From positions 8,320,962-8,384,961 of the forward strand of contig NC_134034.1 in NCBI RefSeq assembly GCF_964204645.1: a DNA stretch of 64,000 nt, read 5' to 3'. The DNA is from Tubulanus polymorphus (taxonomy: Eukaryota; Animalia; Nemertea). The notes below the pieces were generated by a model that saw nothing but the letters and a program-made list of their open reading frames with translations, did not search any database and was not told where the DNA came from. The translations under genes were made by a program, and so were the position numbers. Positions 1 to 27,968 of the stretch are shown piece after piece (the first letter of the stretch is position 1; the number at the start of each line of letters is the position of its first letter).

Positions 1-851
1 GGGTGACATGAATAAATGAGACTAAATAAGAGGAGGAAAATCCGAGAACACACCAATTATACACAAAAGCTAGAATAGGATAAAAGCACACAATATCAAT
101 AGAACAGATAAAATAACGCGAAAGGATATACAAACTAGTAATGAGTAACAGGATTTAAGTAACTTAAAAGTAAGTTTAATACTACACGTAGGGAGCACCA
201 TGAAAAGAGCCTAGCGACGGTCCCTGAAAACAGATTGCAGCAAATTTCCGAGCTGGTGAACGATTTCACCAGAGAACGAACTGTAGTTGTTATTGAAGTT
301 ACCAGTACCGTTACGGACCGGGTTCGAGCGATAATTGAATGAGCGTTTGTTAAAAACCGGATTTGGAGCGCGTCGATCAGGATTACGAGAGGATGTTGAA
401 GTAGGTCGGTTTCTGGACTGGAACGTATGAGCGGCATCAGTAGGATGATCAGTTGGACGACCGATCTGACGGAGAGTTGGCTCCCTTGTTTTTTTATATA
501 TAGTACCTACAGGATACTGGGGTCAAAAATTTTTTTTGTCAGGTCCCTGTGGTCATCCCTAACGAGTAACGTTTGTATACGGTCATCCTTTATTACCGAG
601 ATGACGTATTTCCGAAAAGCTTACCACCAACGATTGGATTCTACTAACTACCCACGGGCCTACTTACATTTCTTTAACCCTCGCAACTCCAACTTCGTGA
701 TGGCTCAGTCCATCAACGGCTTTGTCTTCTTCTAATTTTTGATGTGAACTTTCCATAATTATTTCTCTTTCAGCCAGTTTCGGGTCGCAGCGCGCAGTTT
801 AACCTGAAAAACCCGGAAATAAATAAACAAAACAAACGTTACCCACGTGCG

Positions 852-925
852 TGGCGTTGTGGTTCGAGATATATCACATCTAACAGAGTAAGCATCTATC
901 GATGTAGATGTTCACGTTCGAATCC
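852..925 (+). mobile_element. Possible degenerate tRNA-derived SINE head (Pol III A/B boxes)
   Basis: A-box-like TGGCGTTGTGG at 852-862 and B-box GTTCGAATCC at 916-925. No cloverleaf or acceptor stem is evident. Confidence 0.3.
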
Positions 926-1753
926 CATATAATGAATATTTTAGATACTGCCTATCGCTAGTCGAACAAGCGTACCATATATCACTCAATAATCCCCGTG
1001 AAGAACCATCCCTGTTTGAATTTTTTTCGGAAATCATTTCTAAAAATAACGAACACCAGTTGAGTCGAATACGCACGTGGCAAAACCTGGCTATCTGTTT
1101 ATAATCGCTCTCTACGGCGCTCTCTTGTTGTACAATTTGAGAAATACATCTTACTTATGTACATAACTGAAAACTAGCTTCACGCGATTTCAATGACGGA
1201 TGATAAGATTAAACCACTATCACCGTATGTAGATTAAAAGGTTTTTGAAAGCGAATTTATCCGCACGAGGTCACACACTGACTAGGGGTGCCGGCCCGGA
1301 GATTATGTTCCTTTAATTTTTTGATTTGAAATTCTCGATATTAAAAAGACTTCAATCAGTACATAGCGGGTTTTTATCTTATATTTTCACCACATCGCAG
1401 ATATCGTTCTTATGAGAAAAAAAAGATATTCGATTCATGTGATTGTCATGGATTCAGTACCGTAACTGGCGGCTATGAGGCCAAACTCCGGCTTCTGTAA
1501 TCCATTTTAATGGCCCTGATGAACAAATAACCGTACCTAATTTTTCTATTCCCATCTGATCAGCGCCAGTTATCGAACTGTACCGGGAAGCAAAAACGAA
1601 TAGACGAGAAAGATGTCTGTGGTAGGCCTACCATCTGAAAATAGATCGCTTCTTTCAAAGAACAATTAGGAAAGCCTACCGTAGTCCTATACCAGTTGAT
1701 ATTTGTAATGATATATATGTTGTTTATTCTAGGTTTGTGAATATCTTGTGACC

Positions 1754-3451
1754 ATGGGACGTGTAGCACGACGCCGACACGCGATATTTGTCTTTCAGTC
1801 GTTGATCTTAGTGACTACGCTCTTCACATTAAGTCTATGGCTTAAATGTAATAGGTTTGTTCCCCGCCGTATTATTCCTAGGCCTACGAAGCAATGAATA
1901 TACGCCTGAGAATGTTTTGTTTTTTTTTTCAAATAGCCAATAAGCTTACTCTCCTCTAAACACTATCAAGCCGGCTTCAAGTCTTCATCGGACGTTGATG
2001 TACCCGTTATTTCAATCGAAAAGCCTGTACATACGCACCTAAGTCGGATTTTTGATAATTCGTTGATAGTTGATAGTCGTTGACATTTTATGGTCCCAAA
2101 TGATCAGATGCATAACGCATGGCTCGAACAGTAAAAGAAACGTGCGCCCTATAGGGATAGATTGCGGTCAACTTTCAATTATACTGTAATGTGTTCATGT
2201 TAGATTGACATGCGTGCATTAACACGAACTGTTAATTACTATAATAATAATGATAATACACTATTTGTCTTCACGGAATAGAGATGAAGCAAAGTCAAGA
2301 TACCCTCGTAGCATTATCTTTGATAATATTTCTTATAAACGTCCACTTTCTCTAATTCCAGCAGCAAGGTGCTTCCTTCGAGAGATACAGAATCACATTT
2401 CGAGCGGCCATCCCAACGCAAAAATTGTAGACCGCAAAAGAATGTCGTTTTCATCAAAACTCACAAATGTGGTTCCAGTACTATATCCAATATAATCCTG
2501 CGCTACGGCATGCGATACGGACTCGACTTCGCGTTGCCCGTGATCGATAACGGACACCTGGGCTGGCCGGAATCAATTCGTCCCGAACACGTGGAGCCAT
2601 TGCCACCCGGCCGCGTTTATAATATGGTGATACATCATTGCACTTACAACGAAACCACGTTTAAACGTATGATGCCTAGAGACGCCAAATATATATCAGT
2701 CGTTCGAGAGCCATTCGCACAATTTTCGTCAGCTCTGAATTATTTTTTCGAAGAGATAGGTCAATTACGATTTGAAACGAATAATCGCGTGAGAGAATTT
2801 CTATCCAACCCCCAAAAATATGAACGAAAGTTGAGCTTTAAATTCGCATCGGTCCCCTTCGGAAAGCGATCTATTACGAAAAATTTCATGTCTACCGAGT
2901 TGGGATTTGAAGTACGTAACAGTAACAACGAACTAAAAATTCAAGAATTCCTTAGTTCAGTCTTAGAAAATTTCGATCTTGTTATGGTTTTTGAATATTT
3001 TGAGGAGAGTGTTATTTTGCTGCGGAGGTTGCTTTGTTGGACGATGTACGACGTTATTCACTTAGGTGTAAATCGCCGACACACTATCAGCGGCGATGCG
3101 AGAAACAAAGCAGCAGTCAGTAATCGTTTGCGAGAAATCCATCGGTATCACAGCAATGTCGATTACCGTCTGTACCACATAACGAACGATAGCTTCTGGA
3201 ATAAAATTGCTAAAGAGGGGCCTGCATTTTTTGACGAAGTACGACACTTCAGACTCGTTTTGAAAAGTGTGCGAAAATTCTGCCGAGAAAAGAATCACCA
3301 TATATTGACAGTGGAACAATCGCGTTGGAATCGAGAATTCCCAGTGGATTTAAGAGAATGCGCATCTATGCGGAAACTACCAAAAAAATTCACATTTGAT
3401 ATAGGTAGATTGATGAACCTGCCTAAATATGGCACACGGCCTGACGGATAG
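1754..3451 (+). CDS. Galactose-3-O-sulfotransferase family (Gal3ST/cerebroside sulfotransferase-like) type II Golgi membrane protein; join(1754..1854,2362..3451)
   Basis: Exon 1 encodes MGRVARRRH plus a hydrophobic anchor, AIFVFQSLILVTTLFTLSLWL. The GT donor at 1855 and the ttccAG acceptor at 2360-2361 join in phase to ORF 2369..3451. The protein has the 5'-PSB motif VFIKTHKCGSST, the 3'-PB motif VREPFAQFSS and the family motif FDLVMVFEYFEESVILLRRLLCW. Confidence 0.88.
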
Positions 3452-5016
3452 GAGAATCCACCCGTGGATTAAGGCATTTCTCGTTGATTGATTAAAGCGT
3501 TTCGAATGCACATAATGTTTATATGTATATGTTTTTGATCTTAAAGTAGGGATTGTCCCCGTTATTTATTCAATTGGTTGGTAAATTTCGTTTGATTTTT
3601 CGTTTAAGTGTCCCTTACAGACCCACCACACCTGCCGGGAGTGAAACAGGGGGTTTGATTTTGAAATCGGAAATCGAAGTACAGATGTAGTTGTGTGATC
3701 GGCGGTCGAGTTAACAGAATATTTTTAAATCGAAGTACATAATTGGAAATTCGGTTCCGGTTCATCCAAACAGTCTTCCATTCAGTCTGAACCGGCAAGC
3801 GACTGATTGGGATGAATTTTTCTGGCTGGCAAATTTAATACATTGATATTCTGGAAATAGCTATATTACAAGGTTTGAAGATCATTTTGTCCACTTTTAT
3901 ATTTTTTGGTCGTTTTCTACGTGTAAATAGTCGGATAGTTTATTGTGGTTTTTTCTCGGGTAGATGTTGATGTAGAAATCCTCTAAGTTGATGATCCCGC
4001 GTGTTGACTAGATAGGAGGAAAGCACATTACGAAACGCAAATTTTCCAGATGAGAGTATGGCCCTGAGGTATCCGAAGTGTAGTTGTATGACATCGACGG
4101 TGCAGCTCCGGTGAGGATGGGTTTCTCCGTCAAGGGTTGCGCAGTTAGTACTTCACATCTGGTGCTGAATTTTCCTAAAAGTAAAAGTTTTACACTAGGA
4201 GCAGTTTTGTGTTTCTAATATACATTGCATAGTTAGGTCCTTGAATGTATCGCAATCAAACGGACAGTGCTATGCGCATTGATAGACCAGAGTCAGTAAG
4301 AAAGCGGCACAGACACATGAATATTGAATACATGTTTGTACACTTACATATATACAGTCTCGATCAGGTTTTATTCACATTGTCAGGATTAGGTTTTTGG
4401 AAGTTTTTAATTTGACTGATGTCAAGAGGCAACTTTCCAGTCACCATTGCGCGTACCATGAATCTATGTCATGAAAATAAATTTTGATGATGTATCCATT
4501 ATGGTAGGGACCGTACAAATAAGGAATAATGTTCAATTCACCTGAAGGTAATCTGGTGCAGATCCAGGTTTTTGGAATGGGGCACAATTTTGCATTAAGA
4601 AATACCGTAAAAAACACAGACACCACGATTGGTGCGGGGTTGGGAAGCTTCGCGGGGAAAATTAGAATGTTTACTTGCATTGTGAGGGTATTTTCACAAT
4701 GTATTTCAACAAAAAATCATATGCCTATGATCAGGAATTGTGTGGGGCGCTCGTCCGTTTCCAATGGATGCATGCCTGGAAATAATAGTGATTTCCATAG
4801 TGACGTGTTTGCAAGATTACTTCGCTTGGTAACGAAGTTAATGATGAATTAGGATGTACTATCGGTGTTCGAGAACGTTCAGATGGTATAGGCGATGGCA
4901 GGTAAATAATAGTAACAACGAGAGGAAATATTTTTTGAAATCGACTGTTGTTCTTGTATTGACAAACGAAATATACACGATAATCGTTTCAGTATTCAAT
5001 AAGTCCAACACAGTCG

Positions 5017-6453
5017 TTGAAATTCTTGGATAAGCAACACTCAACCTGCGAAAAGTTGACAAAATTCAGATCAACTGGGAAAGGGAATAGTTTGCCCAAG
5101 AAAACACGATCCTATCGACTGAGGCACAAAGCAGGTCTTGATATCGAATTACCATACAATACCTTTCGAAAACGGTGTTTTGTAACCAATAACAACACAC
5201 CTGAATTGAAGAATATCTGCAAACACGAATGGACCGCTCAGAAGGAAAGCTTCACATATGAGGCAAATGGAAGCTGTGGGTCCAAGGACGTCGATGTATG
5301 TCTAAGCCAAATTCATAAAGTCTGGCCGATTCACCGTGGATCAAAAAATCTCGAAGATTCAAAATGTCTACCGCCGTTCGCAGATATTTCAAAATTAGAC
5401 TCGAATAGAGATACAGCAGTCAATGATTTTAAGAAGCTGTTACTCAAAGGCAGACAATATGAGGCGCACTGCTTGTTTCTGAAGGCGCAAGAAGTTGACT
5501 ACTACCGTATAAATGATGCACATTTTGGTGCACTCGGTTCTAATGCGTCTAAAATACCACTATCGGAAGACTACGACTTCGTAAAACCTAGCACCTTTAA
5601 GGATGGCATTCATGAAAAGATCAGCTCTTTTCCACCGTCCACTCCTATAGACTCTGGCCGTCCTAAAATCTCCATGACCCTGAAACTAGGTCACGGCTCA
5701 TTCAGTAACGTTTATTTAGGAACATTTCGTGATCGCCCTGTAGCTTTGAAGTTATTTTTCAACAGGAATGTTAAATCGCAGCAGGTAGCTAAAGAAATCT
5801 ACATTCACGCATATAAAATGAAACCATTACAGAAAGATATACCGGAGCTATACGGCGTTGCCTTTCTATCGAATTCTAGCGAATTTTTTCAATTCGCCAT
5901 CGTCAGCGAATTAATATTCTGCCCTGAACTTGGTCAGTTCGGTCGGTCCTTACACACTTTACTAGAAGAAGATGGTAAAAGGTATAGGTGTCCTGGTCGG
6001 TTGTGCCCCTTGTTGAAAAAGTGCGACTGGTTACTTCTGACGATAGACCTCGTATCAGCCGTCAAACGAGTACATTCGATAGGTATCTCTTTAAATGACA
6101 TCAAGCCAGATAACGTACTCCTGCGAGTTCGAAAAAGCGGCCACCTGCAGCCTGTTTTGATCGACTTCGGTTCTGCTACATCGGGTCACAGCCAAAACTT
6201 TTATTCACTTCGGGTTGCTTATAGCAAACGAGAAATATTCGCCAACAAATATCCGCACTTAGCACCTGAGGTATATGACGGCAGGCATTCTACGCGGGAA
6301 TCGGATATATACTCACTGGGGAGAATACTGCTGCAAATTGTCCGCAAAATTGGTCTACCAATCTATGACGTTGCATCCAATTGTTTACACACCGATCCAA
6401 AAAGGCGTCCAACGGCCGAAGTCATTGAAGAAGTATTGCTGAAGAAAATGTAA
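5017..6453 (+). CDS. Intronless Ser/Thr-type protein kinase ORF (kinase domain about 5674-6453; true start uncertain)
   Basis: Motifs LGHGSFSNVY, VALK, alphaC Glu (AKE), LNDIKPDN, DFG, APE, SDIYSLG and DPKRRPT. The ORF begins at TTG, the first ATG is at 5674, and there is an in-frame stop at 4981-4983. Confidence 0.8.
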   Translation: MKFLDKQHSTCEKLTKFRSTGKGNSLPKKTRSYRLRHKAGLDIELPYNTFRKRCFVTNNNTPELKNICKHEWTAQKESFTYEANGSCGSKDVDVCLSQIHKVWPIHRGSKNLEDSKCLPPFADISKLDSNRDTAVNDFKKLLLKGRQYEAHCLFLKAQEVDYYRINDAHFGALGSNASKIPLSEDYDFVKPSTFKDGIHEKISSFPPSTPIDSGRPKISMTLKLGHGSFSNVYLGTFRDRPVALKLFFNRNVKSQQVAKEIYIHAYKMKPLQKDIPELYGVAFLSNSSEFFQFAIVSELIFCPELGQFGRSLHTLLEEDGKRYRCPGRLCPLLKKCDWLLLTIDLVSAVKRVHSIGISLNDIKPDNVLLRVRKSGHLQPVLIDFGSATSGHSQNFYSLRVAYSKREIFANKYPHLAPEVYDGRHSTRESDIYSLGRILLQIVRKIGLPIYDVASNCLHTDPKRRPTAEVIEEVLLKKM

Positions 6454-6996
6454 TTTCGTTCATTTTTCCGCGTTTTTCATGATATTCTCGGCGATTTATC
6501 TGTCGAAAACAGGAATTTGTATTACTTGTCAATTTGTATCAATTCGGCAAATTTATCCAGTATATAGCCTCCACAAAAAGCAAAGAAGGTGTGTTTCCAT
6601 TTTACCCCAGTTAATCGCGTGACAAATTTTTCGCTTTCGTATTCGGAATCAAGTTCATCGGCAGACACTTTGATGGATTTAATTGATATCTGGTTTTCGC
6701 TTCATACTCGAGATATGGCAGACGGAAAGTTTCTATCAAAATCATATAAAATACTTTTAGGCAGCCAAGTAAATTTTCTTATTTTGGATTTAAAACTTGC
6801 AGAGACCCTGTAGTAGAAATCGATATCCTCCTAAGTTTTCGAATGGACTGGATACGAGGAAAAAGACACTGCCAGCATGTATATGATATGCGCATGTCAC
6901 ACCATATTTTTGTGCTAGCAAATCAGACGGGGAGATGCGGGCGCATTTATAGCTAGCTCTATGCTCTTGGTCAATAGTTGTGCGTCTACGATCGCA

Positions 6997-21958
<14,962 letters not shown>

Positions 21959-22266
21959 CTAAAACTTCTACTGTGGATGGCCACATGAAACGTCGTTTGT
22001 GACCACATTCATGTGATGCCGTAAATGGAATTTATACAAGAAGTATGAACATTGCTATTGTGAATGAAAGACATCGTACAATTGAAAATTAACGAAAAGA
22101 TATAAAAGTATACAGTTCTAATACAAAACTAAAGCTGGTATTTTGCGATCAATTTCAACAGGCTGTATTGAAATCTCATACACAACTTGGAATTCCTGGA
22201 AAGATTTCCTTATCGCTGGTTTCTCATCCAACCACTAGCACCATGAGGAGAGAATCCCACAATGAT

Positions 22267-22447
22267 AATAAAAAGTCCGAAAATGAAACTTCGAGATAGT
22301 AGTTTATTTCAACGTTTCGACTATATCCTAATAGTCATCTTCGAATAAAAAGTCCGAAAATGAAACTTCGAGATAGTAGTTTATTTCAACGTTTCGACTA
22401 TATCCTAATAGTCATCTTCGAAGATGACTATTAGGATATAGTCGAAA
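22267..22447. repeat. 77-bp tandem duplicate plus 56-bp perfect palindrome; resembles a Penelope pLTR/minimal hammerhead
   Basis: Copies at 22267-22343 and 22344-22420, palindrome at 22392-22447. The minus strand reads TCGAAGA-TGACTAT-TAGGAT-ATAGTC-GAAACGTT. Confidence 0.75.
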
Positions 22448-22448
22448 T

Positions 22449-22720
22449 ATACGAATACGAATACGAATACGAATACGAATACGAATACGAATATTTATTT
22501 ACACTCCAACCATTTCCATGTTATATGGAGGAAAACAGTATTTACAATAATTACATAAACAGTAATAAAAGCTACAAAACTTAATTAACTGGTCTCACAC
22601 TTATGTACAAAATATACTATTTACTATTTACAATACATATATTTACAATACATACACTACCGGAGGGATTTATATACATGTAGACCTATTTTGATGAATT
22701 TAGCCATATTTAAAACGTAA
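22449..22720 (-). mobile_element. Probable LINE 3'-tail relic ending in (TTCGTA)n
   Basis: About 7 copies of ATACGA at 22449-22493, next to ATTTATTT (AATAAA on minus) and an AT-rich 3'UTR-like stretch. The right boundary is approximate. Confidence 0.5.
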
Positions 22721-22890
22721 TGTTGAACACGGCCTCTACCGGTATATAGATTAACACGCTAACCCCAAATTTTATCTTCATTTTGTCATCGGATTTAGCA
22801 AACTCTTGAGATTTATTGGTCAGACTCTGGAAATGGTACTTAATATTTGATACACAGGCGACGCTTTTATTCCGCGGGAATCATTGACAT

Positions 22891-23142
22891 AAGCCGCGAT
22901 CACACGAGCATATTTGGCCCGAGCAGAAAGGTCGGACCAGGCCCGAGCCCAATTTAAGCACCAGACAAATGTTTGCGTTTGAATTGCAACTGGCACCGGA
23001 AATGATCCACTTCGCTTTGTTTGAGCATTGTTTAGTATGGAGAGAATGGTTTGCGCTCTCTAATTAGGCACGGGCCAAATTTGGCCGAGCCTGATCCGTG
23101 ACAATTTGGACCGGGCCAAATCGTCTCCGGTGATCGCGGCTT
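22891..23142. mobile_element. MITE, PIF/Harbinger-like
   Basis: TIRs AAGCCGCGATCAC...GTGATCGCGGCTT, internal TTTGGCCC/GGGCCAAA repeats and T/A-rich (TAA-type) flanks. Confidence 0.75.
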
Positions 23143-24502
23143 TAATCACGCTAGTCACTGCGAACTGAAAGAGTGAGGAACAGTTTACCCCGCCCCAGTT
23201 ACAACTGTTACACTACACATTCGAAACAATAGGGAAGTCCCCAGTTACCAGGCGCCATATTGAGGCATTGTTGGACAGATGTTAACAGTTTTTAAACTAA
23301 AACCTGTGGCGCGATTAATTGTCGTCCATCCCCCTATTGGTACAAAATGTAAACTTATTTCATTTTTCTCGGCCTGCAACCTTCGAACACAGTTACGTTT
23401 AAAAAAGATACGTTACTTTTAGGAAGTTGCCTCAGAGAATCGTTAATTTTGTGTCATCGGTTGTAACTTGATAATTCTTTGCGATGCAATGTCTAATTTT
23501 TCACTGAAGATTGTAGCTGAGGATCTTGTCGATACTGCATTCGTAAAAATATCCTCATAGAAACGCGCGTGGCTATGTAGTTGAGTCAAGCGCAAAGCGC
23601 GCGCCAGTGGTTGACCGTCGATTTTCTGCAATTACACAACGCTATTTTCATGGAGATTTGTCAAATGTTAAGGATCTGTTTGGATTCGCAAATCATCGTT
23701 TGATTGCTTCCTTGTTGAAGTGAGGGTACTTGCTGTCTATCCAAGGTCATAAGATTTGCGACGATGTTTGACGTTCGCACAGACCGATTGTTTTTGTTGA
23801 AATGCTGCATCTTTGCATTTAAGTGGTGTCACCTAGACTCGGTTATCCTCTATTTATATTGATATGATATCATATTGATGTTGTCGGCTTTATCGCCGAT
23901 TAGTGGCAACTAGCGGCCTACGAGAGGCCGCCAGTTGCTGCTCTATCGGTTCGACATAAGCCGGCTTGTGACGGCAACCCGACGCCTACGGACTCGTCGC
24001 AAGCCGAATCCGGCTAGTTGCCCATGTTCTCCTCCGGCCTACGGTAGGCGTACAGTTGCTTTCATAAGCTCATCTGCGACGCGACGGTACTGAGCGCAAG
24101 GGTTCCAGCCAATAAGAGACCGTATATACATAGTACAAATTATGACCGCTAGTTAGCGTCATTCGTAATTAGTCATAAACTTTCAAATTGAAGTATTTCG
24201 AAACGTAAACCAAACCTACAGCACGGCAGATGACTGGACCGAAGATCTAGAAGCGAAATTGGTAAAATTATGGTGAGAGCGGCCATCTTTATATGATCTC
24301 GCTAGCACATTGTATTCAAAACAGAATGAGAAAGATAAAGATCTTAAAGAAATAGCTTTTCTAATAGAAAAATATTTCCCAATAATTCAATAGAAATCTA
24401 ATTTATCCTCAAAATGCTTAACACGTGACCATCCGAGCCGTTGCTGTTGCCAGTAATCATAATAGCTTTCCAATAGAAATATATTTCCCAATAATTCAAA
24501 AT

Positions 24503-25100
24503 AATCACAGGCACTTGAATATGGGCTTTGACGTTGTTGGTGCGGTAAAAATGATAAAATTTACCGTAATCTACGATAAAAACACCACCGGGGTTGCCAT
24601 CATAATCATCCATGATGCAACTGTTTTAACCATGATCCAATAGCCACCCGTCATTCAACTATACTATATAGAAAGGTTGGAAACAAATATGGGGACAGAT
24701 GACGTCACAGCACTCCCGAAGAGGCGTCGCGAATTTTTAAAAATCAATTTTGTTGCCAGTTAAAATCTTAAACGGAGCTAAAACAGTGTCAATGTTTCCA
24801 AAAAATCATCTACAATTGAAATAATGGGCGCTCCTTATATTTCAGAATTAAAATTGACACGACGGCAATCGTCGGCAGTGTTCGGCTGTCCCGATAATTG
24901 CGGGTAGATTTAAGCATTACGGAGATAGGAGCGTTTCCAGCCTTTCTGTATAGTATAGTTAAACGACGGCAACGCGTTGCATCATGGGTAAATTCATAAT
25001 GAAATATGGCAGATTATCGATCGAAGTCAGGATTAAAATATCGCTGGTGAATTATAAATATTTATCCATTATCAAAGCCCATATTCAAGAGCCTGTGAAA
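24503..25100. mobile_element. Inverted-repeat (foldback/MITE) element
   Basis: TCACAGGCACTTGAATATGGGCTTTGA matches TCAAAGCCCATATTCAAGAGCCTGTGA in reverse, and AACTATACTATATAGAAAGGTTGGAAAC matches GTTTCCAGCCTTTCTGTATAGTATAGTT in reverse. A ~48-bp direct repeat flanks it at 24411 and ~25119. Confidence 0.7.
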
Positions 25101-27559
25101 TAATTCAAATTTATCCACAAAATGCTTATCACGTGACCATTTGAGCCGTTGCAGTTGCTGGTAATCGCAACCAACATAAGCAGGGAAGCAACTGAGAGGA
25201 TGTCATATCCCGATAGTCGGCCTCAGTTGCTGCGAATCGGAGCGCAGTCGACGAAAATGTATGAAAATGTAGATCGCGATGAGTTACCTAAAATATCTGT
25301 TCAATGTGGTCATATTTATTGTAGTAGTGAAAATTGTATCATCCGGATGGTATAGAATTGTATTATTTAAAAATCTGCATCGAATCACACCGATTCGCCA
25401 AACGAAAATTACCGAAATGTTAAATATCGATCCGGGAAATTGGGAAGTAATTTTATGATAAACATATTGATAATCGGTAAAGTGATATGCATTGTAAATT
25501 GTTACGCAACTGTTCCGGCAACAGCTTCAAAGTTAGTATTTTTGAGGATGAAAAGTTTTCCAAACAGTAAAAAGTCATTTCCTAATGAGTAATAACAGTT
25601 TATTGACATGATCTGTGTGTTCTTTAATCGTATATTTGAAAAACTAAACGACATTTGGCCGCCAAGAACACATATCCAAGACTTCTGCGATTGGGGTGGA
25701 CAACAAACCGCAATTTGTCACACTTATGATCAGGAATTCAGTAACAACCAAAATTTTAGATAAAGGCTCATCTCATCTCCACTGTAAAATCAAAGCGCAA
25801 CGACCCTCATGAAATCAGCAATGATTCCAAAATGGCTCATCGTTTATGTTAAAAATATGTAAATAAGTGGCTTGTAATTGATTAAACACTTTGTTTTTAA
25901 TGAGCTTATAATTTCTCACTTGTAATTGTATAAGTGATGTATATGAATCTGTAGTTTAATCATTTGATTTAATTGTCCGTATTTCACCTGATGAGGGGGA
26001 TATGCTACCAGAAATGCTCGCTGTCAATAAACTGTTCATCTCATCAGAAGGTTTGTATTGTTATAGCTTCTATGGTGAATGGGATCTTATCGTTGTGTAC
26101 AAAATCACTACAATGTAGCACAAGGGTGTGCCCGCACCAAAACGATAATGTATTTGGAAAGGTCACTTTCAGATCGCGTAAACCGATAAATGATCGCTCA
26201 ACAAATTGTCCATGTTTAGGCTTAACAATGTACTGGACGCAAAGGGACTGTTAATTGTTTTAATGTGCTAGCGTAATTGGCTCATTCCACGTGAGAAAAA
26301 TATTGTGGAAAGTAATTTATCTTCATTTAGTTGAATAAAAGGATATCTCAAGCGGTGAAATATAAAATTTCCCCACGTATTCTTCTTTAATAAAAAAACT
26401 TTGGTGTCGCAAAGTTGAGGGTTGTATGATGGCATGTAAATTACGTTACTGAATGATTTCTCGAACTCTTTGAATTACAGCGAAATAGCCCACATAGTAG
26501 GTTATCAGAAATCATATGAAATCCATACTACAGAGGAATACCGAATTTGTGAGAGGCACTCTAATGACGACGAGAATTTGGATATATTTTTAGGCAGAAA
26601 ATAAGTGTCTCGCATAGTTTGTGATTTCTATCATGTCAGAATACAAATCCTTTTTATTGTCGACTTAATACAAACGTGCAAACCATTATCTAACAGAAAC
26701 ACATCGATATTGGAGAAGTAAAATTGCAATGAATAAAGCTGTAAAGCAGGTTAGCAACGGTAACGTAATTAATGGATTTCCTGTGTATCATCATACTAAT
26801 CTTTGAAAGACTTTTCGCTTTTAATGCTTTGACCTTTAAACAATGTCAAACCGCAAAAATCAGCAGTGCGACCGATACACATTTCATTTTGTACACATAG
26901 CAACACGAATTATGCTCTACCCCAAACACACAGTGTACAAACTGTAGTGAACAAAGTAAACAGTAGTTGCCTATAATTATTCCAAATTAACAAATATTTG
27001 AATAGAATATTGAGTGTAAATACATTTCATAATATTCTGAATCCGTTACAAATTAGACATAGTACAAGAAAAATATCTGTGAATGGTAACGTAACGTAAT
27101 TTACCTCAAATCTCAAGTGAAGCACACATGCCTATTTTAAGCAGCCTTTGTGCTGAGATGATATTTCTTTTGAATTCATGGTAAACAATCGCAGTAACTT
27201 AAAAAACAACACAGTTTTCAACTAACTTTGATGGTACTGCTACAACACTGCTACGTACTCGCACAAAGTAACACATTTCTCTGTTTAAATCGAAATGTTA
27301 TGCATTCTGCGCCGCCCCAAACTCGAATTGATTCGGTGAGGTCATTGATACATATGTATCGGTTTTTAGTACCAGGAAAACATCATTGTCATTACTATGA
27401 GTTAATGCAGTGAAAAGAATGACAATGAATACCATCGACGTTTTAACAAATGAACGTAACACCTGTTATACTAAAAGTGATTACTTTCGTATGTTTACAC
27501 GTGTGTACGTATATATATTTTCAGACTATTGATTAACCGGCTAGACGCTTAGATGATAT

Positions 27560-27645
27560 CTACGAGCAATTATCTAATCTTAGATAGTTGCTCGTAGGTT
27601 AAACCAGGGAAGTGTGATGACAAGTGTCATCACACTTCCCTGGTT
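27560..27645. repeat. Two adjacent palindromes (18-bp and 21-bp arms)
   Basis: CTACGAGCAATTATCTAA-TC-TTAGATAGTTGCTCGTAG and AACCAGGGAAGTGTGATGACA-AG-TGTCATCACACTTCCCTGGTT. Confidence 0.85.
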
Positions 27646-27968
27646 AAACGTATCAATGATCGTTTAGAATTCGTAATGTATAAGCGTTTGACTGAAACAA
27701 ACAACGTGAAATGCATCATGAATGAATAAGTAATATAATTAGATATAAAGATCATAGCGGGTATTGAAATTGCTGTTAACGAATCAATCTGAAAATGTAA
27801 GTCACGACTGCAAAAATGTTTCGGAGAGCGACCCGTCTTCATTTTCCTATGTACGCAAGTGCCGTGGCATTTGAAGGCGCACGTATACGTGCTGACAATG
27901 TTTTGACATCGACTCAAATAGAATCATGTGTTACGTATGTTAATGTAGTTGAATATTATTGCAAAGGC

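Noticed and set aside
1-735. ORFs 135-437 and 427-735 and an LTR-like composition
   Set aside because: No recognisable domain, and no second LTR or PBS in the window.
3600-4860. Short ORFs between the sulfotransferase and the kinase
   Set aside because: No motifs and no consistent splice path to a known protein.
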